NCBI GenBank assembly: GCA_963575745.1
Contig: CAUYUJ010000279.1
Span: 1 to 64,000 of the forward strand
From: Prorocentrum cordatum
Taxonomy: Eukaryota
Length of the DNA stretch: 64,000 nucleotides
Direction: 5' to 3'
Shown: one piece after another, positions 25,346 through 39,144 of the stretch
Numbering within the stretch: the first letter of the stretch is position 1
Layout: each line of letters starts with the position of its first letter
The notes under the pieces: model-generated
Databases searched by the model: none
The model's input: only the letters and a program-made list of their open reading frames with translations
What the model was told of the DNA's origin: nothing
Position numbers and translations under genes: made by a program

Positions 25346-25521
25346 CAGTCGGGGCGTTGACCTAATGAACCCTAAATAAGGAAGGAGGCCCCGTTTCTGC
25401 ACATGTTAAACTTCGATTTCCCGTCGAAAACCGAAGGCGCTCTCATACACACTGCAAAACAACTAAGGAACACTGAGCCCATCCCCAAACGAAAAGGGTT
25501 CCTTCTTCAGCGCCCCGACTG
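25346..25521. mobile_element. Tc1/mariner-type MITE, 176 bp, TA TSD
   Basis: TA|CAGTCGGGGCG ... CGCCCCGACTG|TA. Sister copies at 45825 and 61324. Confidence 0.9.
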
Positions 25522-25813
25522 TACGTCCTTGACCTCCCGGGGTCCCTTTGCCCATGCACCACGAGGCCCGCGAGGAGCGCCGCCACCACCGCCGCCAACA
25601 GTAGCAGCCTGAACTGACTGCGCCCGCACTGTGGGCAGCCCCGCCTGGGCCCACTGGGGCTCGGGGAGAACACCAGGCTCATCGGCACGAGCTGCCCCGC
25701 ACCTTGTGCTCTCCACGAGCACACTCGAAAACGGAATGATCCTCCTGCGTGGGCATTCCAAAGAAGGACGGGGCAAGATTGGCCCGCGGCAGCACGTGGC
25801 CGCTCTGAAGCGG

Positions 25814-25991
25814 CCAGGTGCTGCTGCGTTGTGAACACATCACGGCGGAAGCTTTTTCGCTACGTTCGGCGGCCCTTGCCGGGCCCCGGGAGCGTCCAAA
25901 AACGATTCCGCATGAAAACCTGGTCCAGGGGAAGGGGTCCAGGCATCTGGGGGTGGACGTTGTGAGAAAATCACGACGTCGGGGGTCTGGG
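25814..25991 (-). mobile_element. CCCAG-family MITE copy, diverged
   Basis: Family core ...AAAACGATTCCGCATGAAAACCTGGTCCAGGGGAAGGGGTCCA... ending TCTGGG. Confidence 0.65.
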
Positions 25992-26156
25992 ACTCAGGCT
26001 GTGTCTTTGCAAGACTCTGACGAGAGCTTGCTGCGAATGGGCTCCTGCTATCTACGTCGGCGCTGGCTCTCCGAGCGAGCGCCTCCACCCCAGAAACAGT
26101 GCTGAGGAATTTGCTGGCTGGTCTACTCTGAGATAGAGTGGCTCGTATTCACCCTC

Positions 26157-26341
26157 CCCAGACATCCAGCTGCTCCAGCTTTTTTGATGCGTGGGCCCCG
26201 GAGGTCTGGACCACTTCCCCAGGGCCGGCTGTTCGTCCTGACTCGATTTGGGGCCGGTCCCGCGGCCCGGCGAGGGCCTCCAGAGGCCGAAAACAGCCAA
26301 AGACCGCCCGCTCCAGTTTTTTGGAGCGTCGGATCTCTGGG
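26157..26341 (+). mobile_element. CCCAG-family MITE (185 bp)
   Basis: CCCAGA...TCTGGG termini flanked by CTC/CTC. Confidence 0.8.
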
Positions 26342-26362
26342 CTCTTGTTCTGGGGGGAAAGA

Positions 26363-26515
26363 TAGGGGGGGACTGGCATGTATGAATCTGCGATACATCG
26401 CCGATAGATCGGCGATAGGCCACCGTTAGCGAATTCCCAAGTTCCTGGACGGGGTGGGGCGATCGGGCCCCTGTCGGCGATCAGTGGGCGATTGGGGATC
26501 GATGCATCCCCCCTA
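26363..26515. mobile_element. Possible MITE, TA-GGGGGG...CCCCCC-TA
   Basis: Short TIR and internal GATCG-rich motifs. Single copy seen. Confidence 0.4.
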
Positions 26516-26551
26516 TGCCTATCTCCCCCTTTCCATCCCCCCGGTATTCAC

Positions 26552-26715
26552 TAGGGCTCCCAACTTCGCGCTTCGCGCTGCGCGAAGCGCGAATAACTTC
26601 GCGCTCTCGCGCCGCCCTCCCAAAGGGAGAATAGGAGGACGAGGAGGAGGGGGAGAAGGAACGAGGACCGCGAAGCGCGAAGCGCGAATAACTTCGCGCC
26701 CTCGAGGGAGCCCTT
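26552..26715. mobile_element. hAT-like MITE, 8-bp TSD GTATTCAC
   Basis: GTATTCAC|TAGGGCTCCC ... GGGAGCCCTT|GTATTCAC. Subterminal CTTCGCG/CGCGAAG motifs. Confidence 0.9.
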
Positions 26716-27332
26716 GTATTCACGGCCTAACATGCACATTGGCACATTGGCACATTGGCGCGAGGCGGCGCGCGCGAGCGCACACATCGGCTCGCGCCGC
26801 CGAGCATGCACGGAGGCGGGGAGGAGCGTCGGGGGCAGCGGGGGCGGCGAGCGACAAGAGGGAGGAGAAGAGGATAACGATTAGCAGCAGAAGGACCCCT
26901 AACCCTCTGGGAGGGGACCGAAGCTAGGAGAGCCAAACACATTAGGGACAGGGAGCTGTTTTTCTGCTGACATATCAGAACAAGCCACCCAGATCAATCA
27001 TCCGAATGCCAAGGCGGGGACCTGAGTGAGGCCACGTCTTCACTGCGGGATCTGGGCTGGGAATTCTTTGGCCCTCGAGGCGAGAAGGGGCGGGGCCGGG
27101 AGGCACCAGGCCCAGACGTGCTCGCGTCGCAGACAACCACCAAGAAACAGGACGGGAGGTTTTTTTTCCCCCCCCCGCAACGAAATCGCTTGAAGGTTCG
27201 AGTCGATCGCTCCGCCACTCTTGAAATCCGCTGCCCCTCTAGAGGGCGATCCTCCCGGACGCAAGCCGACAGCAGTGCAATGAAGAGGGCAAAAACTTGC
27301 AGTAGCCCCGGGCTCGGGTAATCGGGAAAGGA

Positions 27333-27515
27333 CCCAGACATCCGACGTCTCGATTTTTTCGAGACACGGGCCCCCAACCTCCCGACCACTTCCCCGGGAC
27401 CGGTTTTTCATCCCGAGTCGTTTTTTGACGGTCCCGAGGCCCGGCGAGGGCCTCCAGAGGCCGAAAACGATGAAAAACTGTTGTCTCGATTTTTTCGAGA
27501 CGCCCGAGGTCTGGG
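27333..27515 (+). mobile_element. CCCAG-family MITE (183 bp), nearly identical to 31487-31669
   Basis: CCCAGAC...GTCTGGG termini. Internal GTCTCGATTTTTTCGAGAC hairpin occurs twice. Confidence 0.85.
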
Positions 27516-28929
27516 GACGAGGACGAGGAGGACGAGGACGAGGAGGAAACAGGGCGGGAGGCTTCTCTTTCGCCGCTTCTGCCCGCCCCCGCAGGGGGGG
27601 GGGCCCTCGCCGGACCTCCCCCGGGGGGCCCTCGCCGCCGCGGCGCGAGGGGCGAGAGGCCCCGCCCCCGGGGAGAGGCCAAGGGACACTTGCGGAGGCC
27701 GTGCGCCCCGAGAGGCGCGCGCCGTGACGGGCAGTGTGTCTGGCTGTGCGCTGGAGGAGGAGGAGGAGGAGGAGGAGGAGGAGGAGGAGGAGGAGGAGGA
27801 GGTGGAGGAGGAGGAGGAGGAGGTGGCCCCCCGGGGGGGGCCTCGCCGGACCTCCCCATGGGGGGCCGTCCGAGAACGGCGCGGGGTGAGAGGCCCGGTC
27901 CCGGGGGAGAGGGGCGGGACGTGCGGGGCCGCCGTGCGGCTGGGCAGAGGAGCGTCCCTCGAGAGCATGCGGCCCTCCGCCAGCCAAAGCGAGGAGCGTT
28001 CGGGGGCGTGCTCTCCCCCAGGATGCACAGGGACAGTTCTCCAGCAAGCACGAAGAGCGTCAGCAAGGTACCCTCCCCGAGCCGACCTCGACCTTCAGAT
28101 GCCTCAGTCGGGCCGTAATGGAAAGAACAGGGCGTCGCACAGGTCTGGGGGGAAGCAGGGGCCATGGGCAGAGATGCCGAAGGACGGGGGAGGGATGGGA
28201 TCGGTTTTCCCATGCCCGTGTCGTTTTGGGGGGATGGGGGCAGCAGCGGCCAGCAACCTGGGAGGGAGGGCGGAAGAATGGAGGGCGCGGAGGACGGAGG
28301 AGGTAGGAGGAAGGATGTGCGCGGAAGGAGCGCGGAGAGACGAATCGGGGGGTAGTAGCGGGAGGGGGGAGAAGGGGGAAGGACGGAGGAAGAGGGGAAG
28401 AAGAGGAAGCGGAGGGGAAAAGGCAGACAGGGAAGGGAAGAGGCGAAGGACGAGGAGGAAGATGAAGAGGGAAGAGAAACTGGGAACTGTGCGCGAGGAG
28501 GGGAAGGATGGAGGAGGAGGAGGGGGAGGGGGAGGAGGAGGAGGAGGAGGAGGAGGAGGAGGAGGAAGAGGAGGAGCCCTAGAGCCCCACAGTCCTATAA
28601 CCCTAAAAAGATTATGATTGAGGTTTTTTCTTCCGTGCCATTTACAAGGAAAAGGAATGCAGGAGGACGCGGACGAGGAGGAGTAGCCGATGCGCGCGCC
28701 CCACGGCAGGCGTCGGCACCAAGCGCCGGGGCCGCGGCGAGGCTCTTGTATTGGAAAATGTTTGCAAGGTCCGCCAGGCCCCGGGGGCGCAGTCTACACC
28801 CTCATCGTTCCAGCCCCAGCTAATCTCCCACCTTACCTCCCCGATACCATCGCCTCCATCCGCAGCCGTCTGCCCCGATCCCTGCTCTACCCTCGGGAAA
28901 ATCCTCATCCTCCTCCTCCTCCTCCTCCT

Positions 28930-28943
28930 CCTCATCGTCATCG

Positions 28944-28982
<39 letters not shown>

Positions 28983-28983
28983 A

Positions 28984-29034
<51 letters not shown>

Positions 29035-29528
29035 TACGATCATCATCACAATCTCCATCACCATCACCATCACCATCACCCTCAACCTCACCCTCACCAC
29101 CATCATCATCACCACCACCACCATCATCACCAGCATCATCATCATACTCATCCTCGCCGTTATCATCATAGTATTCATCAGAGCCACCACAATCACCATC
29201 ATCACCATCATCATCGTCTTCAACAGCATGATCACAATCATCATGAACACCATGATCAACATCACCATCGTAATCATCATCCTCAGAAGCAGCCACATCA
29301 TCACAGGCATCATCATCACCACCATCAAAACGCATCAAAACCAACAACATCATCATCAACATAAGCATCATCATCGTTACCATCATCGTCATCATAATCA
29401 ACATCCTCATCATGATCACCATCACCATCACCATCGTCATCAACATCATCACCATCATCATCACCATCGTCACCAGAATCAGCATCAGCATCATCATCAT
29501 TATCATCATCGTGAGCATCATCACCAAC

Positions 29529-29606
<78 letters not shown>

Positions 29607-30175
29607 TATGACCATCATCATCACCATCATCACCATCAACAGGAACATCATCAGCATCGGCATCAAAATGTTAATGTTCATCGTCTCCATCAGCAGCATC
29701 ATACTCAGAATCCTCAAGACCATCATAACCACTTTCATCATCAACATCCTTAACATAAGCATTATCGTCACCATCATCAGCACCACACTCACCATCAATA
29801 ACAACAACATGAACAACACCATTACCATCATCACCACCACAACCATCATCATCATCACCACACCAGCACAGTCAGCATCAGCATCAAGAACATCATCATT
29901 ATCAAAACGCATCATCACCAGCATCACAATCAGCATCATCATTATCAACACCATCACCATCACAGACAGCATCAGCACCATCATGATCCGCAACATCATC
30001 ATGATCACCACCTCCATCACCATTACCATCATCATCAGCATCATCATCATGATCATCATCATTATCATCATGATCATCATCATCACCATTCGCATCAGTG
30101 AATAAGCATTATCATCATCATCACCATCACAATCAGAACCAACATCCCTATCGAAACGTAAAAACATCAGCATCG

Positions 30176-30224
<49 letters not shown>

Positions 30225-30707
30225 GGTCGTCGTCATCATCAGCAGCATCACCATCACAATCAGCATCATCAGCATCATCATTATTATGATCACCATCACC
30301 ATTACCATCACAATCACCATCATAATCAGCATCACCATCAGAACCATCTGCATCACCACAATCAGCATCATCATCACCATCACAACGCAGCATCACCAGC
30401 ATCAGAATCAGCATCATAATCAGCATCATCATCGCGATCATCATCATCATCATCACCATCATCATCACCTTCATATTCATCTCCATCATCATCATCATCA
30501 TCATAATCTTTATCATGCTCATCATCAGCATCCTCGTCATCATCACGGTCACCATGACCATCACAATCAGCATCAGCATCATCCGCATCAGCATTATCAG
30601 CATCATGATTACCATCACCACCACAATCACCATCACCATCATCCTCGTCCTCTTTGTCATTATCAGCATCATCCGCATCAATCATCATCATCATCATCAT
30701 CATCATG

Positions 30708-30778
<71 letters not shown>

Positions 30779-30867
30779 TATCATGGTCTCCTCCTCCTCC
30801 TCCTCTGCCTCCTCCTCCTCCTCCCCCCCTGCTCCTCCTCCTCCTCCTCCTCATCATGATCATGATG

Positions 30868-30945
<78 letters not shown>
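28930..30945. repeat. ~2-kb degenerate (CAT)n microsatellite
   Basis: Directly visible; source of the poly-H/I/M/D ORFs. Confidence 0.97.
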
Positions 30946-31035
30946 GGTTTCAGCCTCCCCTCCTCCTCCTCCTCCTCCTCCTCCTCCTCCTCCTCCTCCA
31001 TCTCCTCCGTCTTCCCGCTTCCCTCGGGAACCTTC

Positions 31036-31223
31036 CCCAGAGACCCGATGTCGTGGTTTCTCGGTACGGAGCCCCCAGAAGTATCGACCCACTCCCCAGG
31101 ACCGGTTTTTCCTCCCGAGCCGTTCTCTGACGGGCCCCGGGGCCAGGCGAGGGCCCCTCAGGGGCCGAAGATGGCGAAAGACCTGCTGTCCCGAATTCCA
31201 ATTGCGACGCGATCCTGTCCGGG
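31036..31223 (+). mobile_element. CCCAG-family MITE, diverged
   Basis: Homologous core CCCCAGGACCGGTTTTTC..CCCGAG..GACGG..GGCCGAA. Confidence 0.7.
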
Positions 31224-31486
31224 CTGCCCTCACGGCGATCCCTCTCGGGAGCGGCCAAGAGGGGGGTGTCCAAGAGAGGGGGGGGGGGGGGGCGCAAATC
31301 ATGGCCGGCGACATGTGCGCGGCCCTTGGGGGGGGGGGGGGGCGGCCAGGGACGCAATGAAATACGAAGAGGCGCCCTGAAATCTGGGGAAACATCGTGG
31401 CCCCCGCCACGATATCCACCCCCCCCTTATCACCCCCCTCTTTGCCCCCCGTCATCACCCCCCTCTTTGCCGCCCCCGACCCTCTC

Positions 31487-31669
31487 CCCAGACATCCGAC
31501 GTCTCGATTTTTTCGAGACACGGGCCCCCAACCTCCCGACCACTTCCCCGGGACCGGTTTTTCATCCCGAGTCGTTGTTTGACGGTCCCGAGGCCCGGCG
31601 AGGGCCTCCAGAGGCCGAAAACGACGAAAAACCCTTGTCTCGATTTTTTCGAGACGCCCGAGGTCTGGG
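31487..31669 (+). mobile_element. CCCAG-family MITE (183 bp)
   Basis: CTC|CCCAGA...TCTGGG|CTC. Confidence 0.85.
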
Positions 31670-33179
31670 CTCCTCACCACATCCTCCATCGCCGGGACGC
31701 GGGCGGCTCCTCTGTCAGGGGGGGCCTCCCAGGCGGATCCAGGCGGGCGGGGGCCGGAGGCCATTTGCAGAGTCCGGCCCCGCTGGAGCGGCGTCAGGGC
31801 GCCCGAGAAAGGCATGGGGCAGCGGGAGCCGCCGGGGCAGTGAGGCTCGCGGCCCAGTGCGAGGGGGCGAGAGGGGTGGGGCGGGGGCCGAGGGGGGAGG
31901 AGGAGGAGGAGGAGGAGGAGGAGGAGGAGGAGGAGGAGGAGGAGGAGGAGGAGGAGGAGGAGGAGGAGGAGAGGAGGAGGAGGAGGAGGAGGAGGGATAG
32001 AAACAGGCAGGTGGGGGGAGGGAGAGGGGGGCGACAGCGAGGGAGGGGGAGGGGAGGAGGGATGCGGAATGAGGCGGAGAAGGGGGGGGGGGTGGAAGGG
32101 AGAAAGGGGGGATGGGGGGCAGCAGTGAGGAGAGGTGAAGTGGAGGAATATGAGGGGAACGATGGTGGCAAGGACGAGAAAGAGAAGGCGCCAGGCATGG
32201 GGGATGAGGAGGGGAAAAGGAGGAAACTGATCACGAGGGAGGAGCGATGCGCACTTATGGGGAACGGACGCGTAGGAGGGAGATTGGACAAGGCGATTGG
32301 ACGCACTGGCGAGAAGGAGAAGGGTCAGAAGGAGCATGCGAAGGAGCATGCGGGGGATGAGGAGGGTGGAAACGGGATGCAAATGGGAGGGTGAGGGACA
32401 TTTAGGCTGAGGCTGATGGGGGAAGGAGGGAGGAGGGGAGAGGGTGAGAGGGGAAGGGAGGGAGGACGACGGGGATCGAGGGAGCCAATGGGAGAGATGG
32501 AGTGGGGGAGAAGGGAGAGGAAGGAGGAGGGGGAACAAGGCGGAGGAGGCATGCGTGAAGACGTCGCACAGCAAACAGGGATGAGGAGCATGAGGCGGTG
32601 TGCACGTCACCTAGGCAAGCTTGTCAGCCGCAGGGCCGAGCACCGACGTCAAGAGCACTGAAGAGAGGATGCCTGCTCCCGAAGACACCTCCGAACCAAC
32701 TTCCGGGCGGCACGGAGTCCCTCTTGAACTGTGGATCGAACTTCGGATTGCGATGCGCAATCTAGCCAGCATCGAGGTGTTAACGCGACAGGGTTGACTA
32801 AGGATTGCCACTCGAAGGACAGGCGAACGCACGAACAATATCTGACGATACAAAGGGAGGAGGAAGGGAGAAACGGAGGGGAGGCAGCAACGCGGGAGAA
32901 GGAGGGGGAGGAGGACGACGTCGAAGACAAACAAAGAAACTGAAGGAGAAAGAGGGAGGAGGAGAAAGAGTATGCTGATGAGGAGGGGGATGAGCATGAG
33001 CATGAGGAGGAGGAGGAGGAGGAGGAGGAGGAGGAGGAGGTGATTGAGTAGGAGGAGCATGATCAGAAAGAGCAGCCGAAAATCTCAGGTATTGTTCCTA
33101 CCCAACCCGCCATCTCACCTCGGGGCCAGCGTTAGATGAGTCTTGTTGGAAACTCATTCAAACATAAACCGTTTCGATT

Positions 33180-34030
33180 CAGAGGCTTCTAGTAGCCTTT
33201 AGCTGCCTTGCGTCTAATATCATCGACCTTTAGTGGCCTTCAGTCGCCTTTTAGCAACATTTTGTGACGTTTAGCGGCCTTTCGCAGCCTTCAGTGGCCT
33301 CCTGGGGCCTCTACGAAAGTGCAGAGAAGTGCATTCTGCATGTTCCAGTGAGCTTCCAAACAGACACACTTAAATCGGCGGCACCCTGCACCCTGCCAGC
33401 CCACCTCGGGGCCAGCAGTACCCTGCTTCTTCGCTACTGACAGCTGCTGCATTCGGCGCTGAATCTGGTAAACCATGCAGGCCTTCGGCGGGGGCGCTAA
33501 AACAGCGTCTCGAATCGTTGCTGTCGCGAGGGAGAGGAGGCTCGAAAGAGGAAATGGGAAATCCATCATTACGGGCTTCGTGGTAAATCTGCCAGATAGA
33601 AGCTAGCTCTGCTCTTCGCTCGCGAGAAAGGCCTGTCACCCCCAAGCGCGCCAGAGCATCGGCAAGCAGCACGCGGCGTTGAGAAACGCTCAATCCCCAC
33701 TGCAGCCACAAAGGTGGACGAACGCATCCTCGAAGTGCGCCAATGAAAATATTGGATGTCAGGGAGCCTTGCGGCAGCTCGGGACCAGCATCTGGGAAAA
33801 CGTGCTGCTCGAAGCTGGGCTCGCAGCGGATCGGCTCGCAGCCAAAAGCAGAGGTCCACCTCGGACCTCCTTCGGGCAAGATCCCCCACCTGGTCGTTCA
33901 CGCCGAGGCCCATGCCCGAAGACAAAACCATCCTCAAGAGTGAGGACACGGCGAATGGGTGCGCTACGAAGCACTCCGGGTCCACAGCCCCCGACTCTGC
34001 TTGCGCATCTGGGAGCCACTCCAAGACCCG
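33180..34030 (-). pseudogene. Possible decayed LINE 3' region (RNase H-like remnant plus 11-bp-period tail)
   Basis: EWLP...GVNDQVGDLAR resembles the RNase H WxPxH...GNExADxLA motif. The tail is similar to 56740-56950. Confidence 0.3.
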
Positions 34031-34061
34031 ACTCTGGAAAAATCATCTCCACGTCATTGTC

Positions 34062-34416
34062 CCCAGGCATCCGGCTGCTCACTGTTTCCGATGCGTGGGC
34101 CCCCGAGTAGGGCGACGAAATCTATACATATCCACTGCTCCCTGGCCAGGCCCATCCTGAACCCAGCAGCGGTGTATACGCCACGACCTCCTGGCTTGGC
34201 CAGGAGGGCGTGTACACAGCTCCTGGGTTCAGGATGGGCCTGGCCAGGGAGCAGCGGATATGTATAGATTCCGCTGCCCGACCGAGGTCTGGCCCTCCTG
34301 CCCCCAGGGGCCGGCCAGTCGTCCAGAACCGTCCTGTGGACGGCCCCGAGGCCCCGCGAGGGCTCCCAGAGGCCGACCTGCCCGCTCCCAGTTGTCTGGA
34401 GCGTCGGATCGCTGGG
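34062..34416 (+). mobile_element. CCCAG-family MITE interrupted by a nested foldback element
   Basis: Homologous to 26157-26341 once 34108-34286 is removed (~176 bp remain). Confidence 0.75.
34108..34281. mobile_element. 174-bp foldback MITE with ~70-bp TIRs and 5-bp TSD CCGAG
   Basis: CCGAG at 34103-34107 and 34282-34286. Arms TCTATACATATCC...GGCCAGGCCCATCCTGAACCCAG and its reverse complement. Confidence 0.85.
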
Positions 34417-34760
34417 TCGGCACAGCATCGGGAGGGGGAAACAACACACAGACATGATTCATTGTCGATCCCTCCGAACATATGGGAAAATATGGGAAGA
34501 GTGTGGGGGAAGACAGGAACCCAGAAAATACGGGGAAAAACGTGGGGCATCTTTTTACTTGTGTGCATTTTTGTTTGTGTGTGTCCTGGGGCCCCTTCAC
34601 AGAAGACCGCCTGGGCGGCACGACTCGCAGCCTGCCGCCCCTTCGCGGGGGGCAGGCCTCCGTGCGGCGCAGGCCGCGCGCCGCGCAGCGGCAGGAGGTG
34701 CCCGCGCCCGCACGGGGCTGGCGAGCGCTGCCGCCCGCAGGTGCTCCGCGCAGACGGGGC

Positions 34761-34962
34761 CCCAGCAGTTTAAACATAGAAATCGCGGCGGGAGGTGTTT
34801 CTATAGTTTCGGCCTTCGGGTCTATGTGTTCGGCCCTCGGGGGCCCCCCACCAGGCCTCGGGGCCGTCAAAGAACGACTCGGGATGAAGAACCGGTCTTG
34901 GGCAAGGGGTCCAGGCCTCTGGGGCCGACGCTGTGAAAGAATCACGATGTCTGGGGTCTGGG
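34761..34962 (-). mobile_element. CCCAG-family MITE copy
   Basis: CCCAG...TCTGGG termini with the family core on the reverse strand. Confidence 0.7.
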
Positions 34963-35149
34963 ACTCTCCCACTGGGGAGGCTCCGCTGGTGCTGGGCTGG
35001 GAGGGCCAGCCTAGACCCGCCATTGGGGGCAGCACGCAATCCAGCCATCAACTAACAGCATCGCGAAGACCGGCCCAAATCCGCCCACCATTCGGCGTGT
35101 GCGAGAGGCTTTGCCCTCGTCGTCGTCGTCGTCGTCGCCAGTCCCAAGG

Positions 35150-35750
35150 AAAATGAACCACAAGGAAAAGAAACGTCGTGAATCAGTAGATTCCCTGCCC
35201 TTCTTCCCCTCCCCACAGGACGGGCCGTGGGGGAGGTCCCGCCTCCAGGGCCGGCGGCTGCTCTAGCTGTGTGATGAAGGCCTTGCACGCGCCATCGGAT
35301 CGACTGCCACCGGCAGGGATGCTCAAACTCTTGAGCCACATCAGTCCACTTGCCACCTCAGTCCACTAGTTGGCACCACTGCTTCGCCTGGAAGGTGCAC
35401 ACCTGCGCCAAGATGCCGCCTCAGCTTGCAGCGTCTGCTTGGTGAGCGGAACGGGCTGGCCGACGTATGCGATGATGCTTGCCATCTGCGACGAGTAGAA
35501 CTGCAATTGTGCTGAGGCTGGTCCCGACGTAGCGCCCAGGTCCTTCCCGCGAATTTCCTGTCAACTTGCCACAGGGCTCCTTGCGGGTGTGAAGCAAACG
35601 GACTGTCGAGATGATCCGGCTGCAGATCTTGCCCCGTACGTGGCAAGACACCCGCTGCCAAAAGGTTCCTCCGTCCTCCAAGGCTGCCCTAGCCAGAAGC
35701 CAAGGTACTTCAGCCCATTTTTTTATTGGACTACGCCCAGGATGGGATAG
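35150..35750 (-). pseudogene. Possible LINE ORF2 post-RT remnant
   Basis: PIKKWAEVPW and EGPGRYVGTSL resemble motifs downstream of RT in these LINEs. Many stops and frameshifts. Confidence 0.3.
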
Positions 35751-37227
35751 ACCGTGAGGAGGAGGAGGAGGAGGAGGAGGAGGAGGAGGAGGAGGAGGAG
35801 GAGGAGGAGAGCAGGGGAGAGAAGGACAAGGAGGAGGAAGAAAGGAGGTGGAAAGAGGGTGGAGGACGGTAGGGAGAACGGGCCATCGGAAGGAGGATGG
35901 GAAGGAGCTTGCACTACTAATACGAATAAAAATCAGACGAATAAGACAAGAAATACTAATAATGACCGTAATAAGACAATTCATCATAATCATAATAATG
36001 ATCAGAAGAAGACGGGGCAGGATGGACAAGGAGGGAGAAGGAGGAAGACGAGAAGGAATGGAGCGGGCGAGGGGGAAGAAGAGGGAGGGATGTAGAGGGG
36101 CATGAAGTAGGGAGGGGGGCATCGGGGAGGCAGAGCGGCCACTGAAGGGGAGGAGGCCAGCACCACCCCTGCGATTCTGGCTACCCCGCCCGCCGATCGG
36201 CGGCCCAACACAGCTGACCGAGGCGTTCGGGCCTCGCTGCGGGCGCTGAGGCAGGAGAAAAAGGGAAGCAAGGCAGAGGCGCGCTCTGTATGGCGCCTTC
36301 CGACAGTACAGTCTGCCGGGAAAGAAAAAGGCAAGCACGTGGCCACGCCTGCGGAGAGCGGACCCTCGGGGCGGCATCCAGCGAGCGCGCGAAAGCAGCG
36401 GTGAGAGGGTGATGCAGAACGGCCAGGGCGCCGCGCGGTAGGAGGAACGCGGGCGGCCCGGAGAGGGAAGGCGGGGCGGCCTTCTAAGATATGTGTTTGT
36501 TTTTCTCGTTGTGTTGTGCTGTTCTTGTTGCTCCGGGGGTTCTCCTACGATTTATGTATGCTGTCCTTGTTGTTCCTCTGGGCGGCGGCCAACGATGATG
36601 AACGATCCATAGCGAAGCCTGGAGGACAGCGAGGCTCTGCGGATATCCCCTGTGCCCTTCTACGAATGCAGCGGGCGTCCTGCGTGGGCCCGCGTGCGCC
36701 TGCGAGGGCCTCGTGACGGACGGGAGGGCTTCCGAGAAGACCCCCTGCAAGCTTAAAAGACCAGCCCCTGGCGCCTCTCCTTCGTCGCGCTGCCGACCAC
36801 GGCCCAGGAGAGCCCGCAGACCAACGCAATCAGCTAGGTAGTGCTCAGAGAGTACCGCCAGGACTGGACTGCACTGCGTAGCACATCCGCCTCCCCTTCT
36901 GCTGACTTAGTGACCTAAGCCAAATGCAAACATAATCCTGCCACTGCATTGAGCTCACCCCCTTCACCCCCCTCCTCTTCATGCTGCTGCTCCTACTCCT
37001 CCCAACCCTCCTTCTCCCTCTCCCTCTCCCTATCTCTGGTCCCCCTCCTCTCCCCTCCCTGGTGGTGCTGCTGCTGCGGTTCCTCCTCATGATCCTCCTC
37101 CTCGTCTTCCTTCTCTTCCCGCCCATTCGACTATTATCCTACTCTGCGTCTGCTGCTCATTCTCCTGCTGCTGATCCTGCTTTCTCCCACCGTATCCTGA
37201 TCCTCCCCCTTCCCACTTCCCCCTGCT

Positions 37228-37372
37228 AGTCGTCGTCGTCGTCGTCGTCGTAGTCTTCACCATCATCGCACCGATCCTCCTCCTCGTCATCATCAGCAGC
37301 ATCAGCAGCATCATCATCCTCATCCTCATCCTCATCATCATCGTCACCATCACCCTCGTCATCATAATCATT

Positions 37373-37431
<59 letters not shown>

Positions 37432-37990
37432 GATCATCATCATCAGCAGCATCATCACCAGCATCAGCATCATCACACCATCATCAGCATCATCATCAGC
37501 ATCATGACCATGATCATCAGCATCAACATCATTATACTAATCAGCATCATCAGCATCATCATTATCATCGTCGTCATAAATAGCAGCAGCTGCACCTGCA
37601 TCATAAGCATCATCAGCATCATCGTCATCGTCGTCATCAGAACCAACGACACCACCACCACCCTCATCATCACCATCATCAAACTCATCCTCATCACCTC
37701 CAAGACTACCACTACCACCACCACCATCATCATCACCATCATCAGCATCATCATCATCATCATTCACAGTATCAACATCACGCCATCATCATCATCATCA
37801 TCATCATCAGCATCATCACCATCGTAACCTTCATCGTCATCGTCATCGGCATCGTCATCGTCATCACCATCAGCAGCAGCAACAACATCATCGCAAGGGA
37901 CATCACAATCATGATCGCCACCGCCATCGTCATCATCACCATCACCATCAACGTCACCGTCGTCGACGTCACCGTCGTCGTTGTCATCAT
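37228..37990. repeat. Degenerate (CAT)n/(CGT)n microsatellite
   Basis: Directly visible. Confidence 0.95.
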
Positions 37991-38628
37991 AACAGGCCGC
38001 CACCCGTGCCACGACCCGTGGTTCGAGCGCGCGCCACGACGCCGCCGGTGGTGTGGGCGAAGCGGCGAGGACAGCAAGCGACCACAATCAGATCGAGGAC
38101 ACGCCCTGGCGGACCACATCGAGGGCACACCCCGGGGGGATGTCCTGCGCATGCCGCAGGCCGTCAGTACACCGAAGCCGGCTTCGTGCCGGTCGCGGTC
38201 GACGTGGCGCCACAGTGCGGCCAACTCTACCACAACCGCAACCAACGTGTCCGTGTCGTTGTCGGCGGGCTCTCCTCCTCCTCCTCCTCCTCCGAGGCTC
38301 CCTCCCGGCAAAAATCCTTTTCGTCAACAGCTACAGCTGCGGCCCTCCGCTGTGCCGGGCCGCCCGCGAGCGCCGGCCCCTGCGAGGCGGGGGCAGATGC
38401 ACACGGCGAGGGCACTGGACAAGGAATTATTTTCTATTAGGCAGCACAGAGGACCACTTCGTGACAGATTCACCTGTTCGTAATAAGTACGTATACTACA
38501 CTCGAGAGCTCGTAAGGAGCCATGGGATGAGGAATCCCGGGTCTGTGAACTGGTGGAACTCCCAGCGTGGATCGGCCATTGCTGCCACCGCCGCCCTCAC
38601 CAGAGAAGGGACCCTGCAAGGCCTGAAG

Positions 38629-38827
38629 TAGGGGAACAAAAAGTGGCATAAACATAACAACTCGGAGGTCCGCGCGGATTTGTCGGATCGGCGCTGGACC
38701 CCCCTCCCTGGCGCGCGGAGCGCGCCAGGGGCGCCGCCGGAGGCGCCGCCGGGGGGCCCCAGCGCCGATCCGAGAAATCCGCGCGGACCTCCGAGATTTT
38801 ATGCTTATGCCACTTTTTGTTCTCCTA
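38629..38827. mobile_element. ~199-bp foldback MITE with ~65-bp TIRs, bounded by TA
   Basis: AACAAAAAGTGGCATAA...CTCGGAGGTCCGCGCGGATTT and its reverse complement. Relatives at ~40942-41142 and ~52650-52705. Confidence 0.85.
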
Positions 38828-38832
38828 TGGAG

Positions 38833-39060
38833 TCTCCTGGGCACGCTCCTCCACCAACGCCCCCGCCGCGCCCACCGCTAAGGGAACCGACGTCCGGGTG
38901 CTCCGGCGGGCAGCGGATCCCGTGCCCACTCTGGCCCCTGGGCCCACTCCTGGGCACGCTCCTCCACCAACGCCCCCGCCGCGCCCACCGCCAAGGGAAC
39001 CGACGCCCGGGCGCCCCAGCGGGCAGCGGCTCCGTGCCCCACTCTGGCCCCCCGGGCCCC
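38833..39060. repeat. Tandem duplication of ~114 bp
   Basis: CTCCTGGGCACGCTCCTCCACCAACGCCCCCGCCGCGCCCACCG at ~38834 and ~38947. Confidence 0.85.
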
Positions 39061-39144
39061 CGAATCTCCCCGTGCCCGCCGCCCGGGAGGCCCGCGAAGA
39101 CCGACCCCCCAGGCGAAGACCGACCCCCAGGCGGTGGCTACGGT

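Noticed and set aside
35329..35340. Partial SL match TGGCTCAAG (minus strand)
   Set aside because: Only 9 nt, and it lies inside a probable LINE remnant. Expected by chance.
39135..39143. TSD sequence matches the SL 5' half (CCGTAGCCA, minus strand)
   Set aside because: The match stops after 9 nt; probably coincidence.
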